Origin: a virus
Virus genome (UHGV): UHGV-1370141
Reading direction: 5' to 3' (one strand)
Length of the DNA: 64,000 nucleotides
The notes under the pieces were generated by a model. That model made no database searches, was not told where the DNA came from, and saw only the letters and a program-made list of their open reading frames with translations. Position numbers and translations under genes: made by a program. Of the stretch, positions 57,888 to 64,000 are shown one piece after another (the first letter of the stretch is position 1; the number at the start of each line of letters is the position of its first letter).

Positions 57888-59513
57888 TTAGCCTTTTGGA
57901 TTCTTTAATAACGCTTGCGTCGCACGTTTAATCACGTTGTTGACAGGATTGATTTTGAAATTCCCGTCTGAATCGAACCAGTAGTTCTTCGAGTGTATCC
58001 AGTTACGGTTTTCCTCGAGTGCTTCTTGCGACATAGGCGCGTTAAGTGAACCGGTGTCACCATCGTAGTCACCCCCTAAGCCACCCAATCGTGACGGGTG
58101 CGGTGCCATCGACTCGACAAAGGTTGGAACCGACCTGTCAGGATAACTGATAGCTCCGTGTGGCTTTTCAGTCTCCCAGTCATCTTCCAGTTCTTTTAGG
58201 TATAAAGATGACGTGGTGGTCTCCAATCTTATGGTCGATGAGTACGTCGAGCCTCGACCGGTGACGGGATAACGTGTAACGAAACCGAAATAATTGTTCC
58301 ACAGTTCGTAACCCGATAAATAGAGTAATTCTACCAGGGTCATTCCGTGGACGTTTTTACGGTCAAACGTTTTAGGCAGTTCGTCGATATCGTAGAACAC
58401 CTTAAAATGTTTGTTGTCTTGGTAGACCAGTGCGACATAATGGGTATCGTTAATCATTAACGGTTGATGACGAAGCTCGCGAGCTTCCATCCGGTTAATT
58501 AATGTTTCGATGCCATCGTCCGTGGTAAAGGTGTCGTAAACACGACCCCCAACCTCCAAGAACTCACGTTTAAGCGTTTTGGTGTTCACGCCATAAAGGT
58601 TGCCATCGCCAGCACGAATGTTACCGAGGTAACGTTCACGTATCTGGTATTGCGCAACAGGTAGCAACGCTTTCAGACCCTGATACAAACCAATTTTGGT
58701 GTCGGTCGGTCGAATCGCATCCTCACGTCCCATGCATTTAGAGCCTGTGGAGAATGAGGACAACACGTTACGTGTCCCGTTCATCAGTTTACGCGACGTC
58801 ACTTTACGACGTTGGAAACCTCCTTTACCGTCCTGGATGTTAAAGAAGTACATCCAGATTTCGTTAAAGGTTTGTTGGAGTTTCCATCGTACAGGGTTCG
58901 TTAATTCAACCCGTGTAGCACGGTCAGGAATCGCCCTGGCCAAAGAAATCAAACGACGATATAACCCACCGATTTCCTCTTCCTGTTCCCTACCGTCTTG
59001 TCTAACCACCAAATCACGTAAACCCGCGGGTAATACGAGAACATAGCGGCTAAGACTCACGGGACGGAACTTCTCGAAGAAATCCACCGTTTCGTCACGT
59101 TGTAACGATTCGTTACGTCCGGGTTTTAAGTCGTTGTAGTGACTAAGGAAAAAGTTAAAACCGGTATCTGCGCCAGCGTCGCCAGGCAAAGCCGGTTCAA
59201 AATCTTTTTCTTTTTCGCTCCAGGTTGCGTAGCGTTTTCCAGAACAAATTTCTTCGTAGAGTTGTTTTAGTTGGAATAACGCCAAACACACCGTCGGCGA
59301 AATGATATCTAATTTAATATCAATGTAAGAAAACGTTGAGTCTCGGGCTTCACTTCCCGTAAGACCGAATATCTCCGTGGAGTACAACCCTTCAGGGTGA
59401 AAGTTTTTTGTCAACCCTTGAAAAGTATCTGTGGTCGTGACGGGTCGTAATCGCGACACAAGAGACTTGTTTACATTGAGCAGATAAAAGTCAACCCAAT
59501 TAAGTTTATTCAC
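57888..59513 (-). CDS. RNA polymerase beta' N-terminal-like subunit (second RNAP set)
   Basis: [10 protein letters not shown] resembles [33 protein letters not shown] resembles [45 protein letters not shown] resembles [23 protein letters not shown]; GTG start with AGGAG SD. Confidence 0.7.
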   Translation of the reverse strand: [541 protein letters not shown]

Positions 59514-59542
59514 GCTAAATCTCCTGATACGGATTAAACGTT

Positions 59543-62500
59543 ATGGCTAAAAAAGGTAAAGACGATTTCGATGAAATCGATCTTGATAACATGGACGACT
59601 GGGACGATTTTGATGAGCCCCCTCGTCAACAAGACCAATCGCGTAACCCGGTCATGGACACATTTCGTGCTGCCCGTAAGTCGGCATTGTCGACTATCTG
59701 GCCCGAAAATAAACGTGATCAGGTCATTTTAAAAGGAATGCCAAAACCGGCGTCTGACGCTTATGAAGGTTATAAGAACGTCAAAGCCGCAGGTCAAGAC
59801 ATTCTGGCCCATACGAAAGACGAGATTGAAAAGACCTCCCGCGTGGTGAAGGCACAAGCTCGTCAATTAGGCCCAACCCTAAAACGGTATTTGCCTGACA
59901 GCGTAACCCGTAAGATCGATAAATGGGCGAAAAGCGACCAGTACGATTACGGGAATTACGATCCTAAACAAGCATTAATGGATCGTGAGTTAGACACTGT
60001 TTTTGCAGGTACCCCACAAACACCTGAACAACAACGTGAAGTTCAGGAAGGAATGGTAGAAGACCGTCTTCGTGACACCATCAAGGACATGAAGTCTGAT
60101 GCGCTGTTCCAGACGGTTATCGGTATTGCGAAAGACGTTAACCTGACGACCAGTTTAAGTCGTGGGGTGATGCTTAACGTTCAGCGTAAACAGTTAGAAC
60201 TGCAATACCGTACGTTATTCGCGTTGCAAGATATTGCTAAACTTAAACAGGATGAGTTTAGCCGTAACACCCCGGCACTTGAAGCGATTGTTAAAAACAC
60301 CGCGTTGCCGGACTACGCAAAAGAGGAATTCTCTGAAGTTCGTTGGGCTAACGTAAAACGTAAAGCTGCCGAATGGATGAACCCCTTGCGTTACGCGGAT
60401 AACTTTATTGATCAGATTCGTGAGAACGCGAAGAAAAAGATTTCGAATATCTTCAGCGACGGACGCGGGATATTAGAACAAGTTCTGTCAATGGGTCAGG
60501 AAGACGACTTTGGCATGGATGACAGTTCTACACTGTCGCCAGAACGTCGTCGTACGAATAGCCGAGGTAAAGTCGCAGGGTTTGCCGGTGGTTGGTTAGC
60601 AAAACGATTCTTACAACCGCAAGTAGAACGTTTACAGAACTGGACACGCAGTGAGTTAGAAAAGAACCCTGAAGTCATGAAACGGCTTCAGTTGGCACGC
60701 TACGGGTTCGGTAACTTATCTTCTATCTCTAACTCGGCGATTGCTGGTGAGATAGACGGCCCACTGGCCACCGTCTTCCGTTTAATGCACGAGTTGGGGT
60801 TAGTGACACCGCTGCGTCGTGAGGGATTAGCTTTAGAAGAACGTTCAGCAGAAGCGTTATCCGCTGCCGCGAAGTTCGACCGTAAAGCGTATCTTAGCAT
60901 CACGGAAGTCATCCCGACTTTGCTGACGGAGATTAACAAATCTATTCGTCGCGGGTACGGCGAACACCACGACCAGGTGTACGATTTAACCACGCGTGGG
61001 ATGATTGACCGTAAAGTCATCGGTAACCGTGTCCGTAAAGCGGTTGCGAACGATGAACAGCGGAAGCGTTTACAGCAGTACATTAACGAAACCGTTGACT
61101 TTATCGACAAAGACAAAACCCTGGATTCGAAAACTCGCCAGGCGCTGGCGGACTATATCGAATCCCGTGCGTCTGAAGGTAAGGCATTCGACGTAGGCAG
61201 TCTGCTGAAAGACCCGATGCACATGTATCGTTACATGAATGCAAACGCGGTAGAAGCGATTCAGGCGGTCTTAGAAGCACGGTCTTCAGAACTGACAGGC
61301 GGTCATCACGAACTTAGCAATGAGATTGCTAGTAAGATTTCAGCCATTCAGTCAACGATACGTGCACGTCAAAACACGGTAGACGAAGCTTCAATTATCT
61401 ACGGTGAGAATGCGTTACGTGACGCAGGTATCTTTAAGTACGATGCGAAGAACGATCGGTTTGATGTAGATAAAGACATTAACGATCCGTATACGCTATA
61501 CAACGACCTGGCCATGGGGAAAACCCGTTCCGGTCGTTCGTTAACGCGTGAACAAGAAATCCAGCGCAAACTGAAAAACGGTTCTGCGCTAGGTGACTAC
61601 TTACGTCGTTTAGGGGTAGACGCTTCCGTAACCGGTGACGAGTCGACTATTGACACCGTTAAAGGTAAAGGTGGACGTGGTGGTCGTGGGCTGTCGGCAC
61701 GACAACTTGCTGCTGTCCTCTACGGTGAAAAATCCACCAACTTTGTTGAACTGTTAAGCGAACGGCCTGACACTAATGCGGGTTTAGAGCAACAGTTTGA
61801 TAGAATCGTTGATGCTATCCGTAACAAATCCGAATCCAACACCGTGCAGGAAATTCTGAAACATGTTAAGAACATGGATGAGGAAGGCATCCTGCTGGCC
61901 AGCTTAGGTGGTGGTCGTGACGGTGAGGGTGACGCATCTGAAGACGCGGGTAGTACCGGTAACAAACGCAAACGTAAGCGCATTGTGCTTGGTGAAAGTG
62001 GGCTGTTCCGTCGTTGGGCGGGCGTACTTTGGGACACCGGTACGGGTGCTGGTCGTTTTGCGAAGAACATGTTCCTGAGAGGAAAAGGGCGTTTACAGTC
62101 ACTGGGCAGTTTTATCCGTGGGAAGTTCTCCGGTGGGTCTTCTGACGGTCCAGGTGTTTTTGAACGACTGAAAGGTTTAGTTACTGGTACGCTGTCCACA
62201 GGCTGGAATTCAGCAGTAGCGTTCGGGAAAGGCGTTCTTGGTGTTCGAGACATCTACGACGAGAAAGGCAATGTTGTTTTACAAGGTAGCCGTTTAGAGG
62301 CAGGTGAGTATTATCAGGCTGACCCTAAAACCAACAAGTTGGTACAACTCCGCTCGTTAGACGACATTAAGCTGGGTCGTGATATTGTTGACGAAGCCGG
62401 GAACTTGATTCTCGCAGCGGCGGACTTAGCGGCTGCGGGTAAACTGCGCTTCTATAAAGGTGGTAAGCTCCAGGCCCTGTTCCAGTATATCTCTGGTAAA

Positions 62501-64000
62501 GCAGGTACAGCGGTAAACAAAGCTGTTAACTTACCGAAGAAACTGATTGGTCTAATCTCACCAAGAGCAGCGTCTATCTTCGAGAAAGCACGTGAGTGGC
62601 TTAACGAGATTCCCGAGGGTAGTGAGAAAACGCGTTTACAAAGCATGATTTCTCGCGTAACCGGAATGCCTGCTCGTTTGTGGAACAATGCAAAACGCGG
62701 CTTTGAGAAATTCAAAGAGTTAGCGACTGACAACCCACTTACCCGGTGGTGGCAGAATCGTAAGGACGGTGGTTCTGGCGGCGGTTTCAGCATGTTCTCC
62801 TGGTCGAATGGCCGTAAGACCAACCATATCCTGATTCGTATCTATAAACTCCTTAACCGTCGTTTAGACGGTGAGCCTGAAGATGAATCCTGGACGGAGC
62901 AACTGGAGAAAAACGTTGGCTCGAAATCTATCAAAGGGATGCTTAACCGTGTTAAGGATTTCCGCGATGGGTTTAAAGACTATTTCCAGAATTTCCGGGA
63001 TTGGCGAGGCAGACAACGTGACCGGTTCTCGCGTTTCCGTCATGGTGTTGGCGATAGACTGTCACGTTGGGGTGCTGCGGGTAAAGGGTGGTTTGACCGT
63101 TTCCGTGGACGCTTTGGCGAAACGGTAGATAGCTTCCGCGATCCACGCTACGACATTGCCACACGTTATCGGACGGAGTCTCGTTTAGCAGGTCGTGACG
63201 ATGACGTTGCTGAGTTTTACCGTCAACACTTATACGCCCGTGGTAAGGTTTCTCCAACACGCGTGATTAACGCAGCGAAGGAGGATTTCGAAACCGCAAC
63301 GGATAGCGCAGGACGCGTTATCAACAAAGGTAAGCAGAAAGCGAAGAGTGTTGGTTCAGCATTACTGGAACGTTTAAACCGGATGGTTAACCTCCAGGAA
63401 ATGTCCTGGTTTAACACCATGCGTGACTCTGCGGAACGTGCTGGTGCGCCAGATGGCTTGATTCGTACGATGTTCAGTAAATTCGGACAACGTAACAAAC
63501 CGGCAGCCAATGATGAAAAACGCGACTACTTCCAATTCTTCCGTCGTCGTAGACGTTCTAAGGAAGAAGAGAAAGCCAAGAAATCCGCCGAACAGAAAGG
63601 ACGTAAAGGCGGGGTGATGGACTTCCTCAAAGGGCTACCGTTAGTAGGACCAATCGTGAGTATCTTAGGTACGGTGGGTTCCATACTGGGTAAAGTTGCG
63701 AAGTGGGGTATTTTTAAACCTACCGGGTTCCTTGGTAAAGCAGTGTGGAACGTTGGTAAGTTTGCCGTCCAGCGTTTAGCGGTTCCGGCGGTGACTGCGG
63801 TAGCCTCGGCTGCGTCTACGGTGGTAGCAGCGGTGGGATGGCCCGCAATTGTGATCGGTGCGACTGCCGCCGGTCTGGGTTATTGGGCGTATAAATGCGC
63901 TACCCGTGTGAAAGCACAGTACCTCGACTATATGCGTCTGGCACAATACGGTTTCCGTGACTACGACCAGTGGTCTTCTGAAGACGGTATGAAAGCCCGT
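59543..64000 (+). CDS. giant protein (over 1486 aa, partial; candidate virion internal / tape-measure-like or ejection protein)
   Basis: Frame open from an ATG at about 59543 to the window end (no complete plus ORF in the track across 4.4 kb); Gly/Arg-rich repeats (GKGGRGGRGL), KRKRKR, and a hydrophobic Gly/Ala-rich C-terminal region (PIVSILGTVGSILG..., AVASAASTVVAAVGWPAIVIGATAAGLGYW). Confidence 0.55.
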   Translation, partial: MAKKGKDDFDEIDLDNMDDWDDFDEPPRQQDQSRNPVMDTFRAARKSALSTIWPENKRDQVILKGMPKPASDAYEGYKNVKAAGQDILAHTKDEIEKTSRVVKAQARQLGPTLKRYLPDSVTRKIDKWAKSDQYDYGNYDPKQALMDRELDTVFAGTPQTPEQQREVQEGMVEDRLRDTIKDMKSDALFQTVIGIAKDVNLTTSLSRGVMLNVQRKQLELQYRTLFALQDIAKLKQDEFSRNTPALEAIVKNTALPDYAKEEFSEVRWANVKRKAAEWMNPLRYADNFIDQIRENAKKKISNIFSDGRGILEQVLSMGQEDDFGMDDSSTLSPERRRTNSRGKVAGFAGGWLAKRFLQPQVERLQNWTRSELEKNPEVMKRLQLARYGFGNLSSISNSAIAGEIDGPLATVFRLMHELGLVTPLRREGLALEERSAEALSAAAKFDRKAYLSITEVIPTLLTEINKSIRRGYGEHHDQVYDLTTRGMIDRKVIGNRVRKAVANDEQRKRLQQYINETVDFIDKDKTLDSKTRQALADYIESRASEGKAFDVGSLLKDPMHMYRYMNANAVEAIQAVLEARSSELTGGHHELSNEIASKISAIQSTIRARQNTVDEASIIYGENALRDAGIFKYDAKNDRFDVDKDINDPYTLYNDLAMGKTRSGRSLTREQEIQRKLKNGSALGDYLRRLGVDASVTGDESTIDTVKGKGGRGGRGLSARQLAAVLYGEKSTNFVELLSERPDTNAGLEQQFDRIVDAIRNKSESNTVQEILKHVKNMDEEGILLASLGGGRDGEGDASEDAGSTGNKRKRKRIVLGESGLFRRWAGVLWDTGTGAGRFAKNMFLRGKGRLQSLGSFIRGKFSGGSSDGPGVFERLKGLVTGTLSTGWNSAVAFGKGVLGVRDIYDEKGNVVLQGSRLEAGEYYQADPKTNKLVQLRSLDDIKLGRDIVDEAGNLILAAADLAAAGKLRFYKGGKLQALFQYISGKAGTAVNKAVNLPKKLIGLISPRAASIFEKAREWLNEIPEGSEKTRLQSMISRVTGMPARLWNNAKRGFEKFKELATDNPLTRWWQNRKDGGSGGGFSMFSWSNGRKTNHILIRIYKLLNRRLDGEPEDESWTEQLEKNVGSKSIKGMLNRVKDFRDGFKDYFQNFRDWRGRQRDRFSRFRHGVGDRLSRWGAAGKGWFDRFRGRFGETVDSFRDPRYDIATRYRTESRLAGRDDDVAEFYRQHLYARGKVSPTRVINAAKEDFETATDSAGRVINKGKQKAKSVGSALLERLNRMVNLQEMSWFNTMRDSAERAGAPDGLIRTMFSKFGQRNKPAANDEKRDYFQFFRRRRRSKEEEKAKKSAEQKGRKGGVMDFLKGLPLVGPIVSILGTVGSILGKVAKWGIFKPTGFLGKAVWNVGKFAVQRLAVPAVTAVASAASTVVAAVGWPAIVIGATAAGLGYWAYKCATRVKAQYLDYMRLAQYGFRDYDQWSSEDGMKAR

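Overview
This window looks like part of a large (jumbo) tailed-phage genome with enterobacterial-style codon usage and about 48-50% GC; no rRNA or CRISPR array was seen. Almost all genes are tightly packed on the minus strand, with a few plus-strand islands, and are punctuated by many hairpin plus T-run terminators. The main signal is a set of fragments of bacterial-type multisubunit RNA polymerase (RNAP) beta and beta' subunits, recognised by hand-aligned catalytic motifs, in three places: 460-4799 (beta'-C-like and beta-like), 14499-16456 (beta'-N-like) and 53718-59513 (beta-like and beta'-N-like). Split RNAP genes of this kind are the hallmark of phiKZ-like, nucleus-forming jumbo phages, so that is my working identification. 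The most interesting finding is that the beta'-N-like gene at 14499-16456 is interrupted exactly at its catalytic NADFDGD motif by a 350-nt ORF-less group I intron (14739-15088) that carries recognisable P, Q, R and S core elements. Other calls include a terminase large subunit (35578-37686), a candidate tail sheath and tube pair (42872-45808), a very highly expressed 612-aa protein that may be the nucleus-shell protein or a capsid protein, a DNA-polymerase-like protein, a metallophosphoesterase, a HAD-type nucleotidase, an HslV-like peptidase next to a tRNA-like element, and a giant partial ORF running off the right edge. Things worth a second look are two adjacent proteins with nucleoporin-like FG-repeat tails, an unusual non-coding locus (about 31100-32700) with a 185-bp pure A/T core flanked by GATC clusters, palindromes and G/C tracts, and a recurring promoter-like motif upstream of at least eight minus-strand genes. 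All functional calls rest on motif recognition by eye, not database searches; coordinates of small non-CDS elements are approximate (a few nt).
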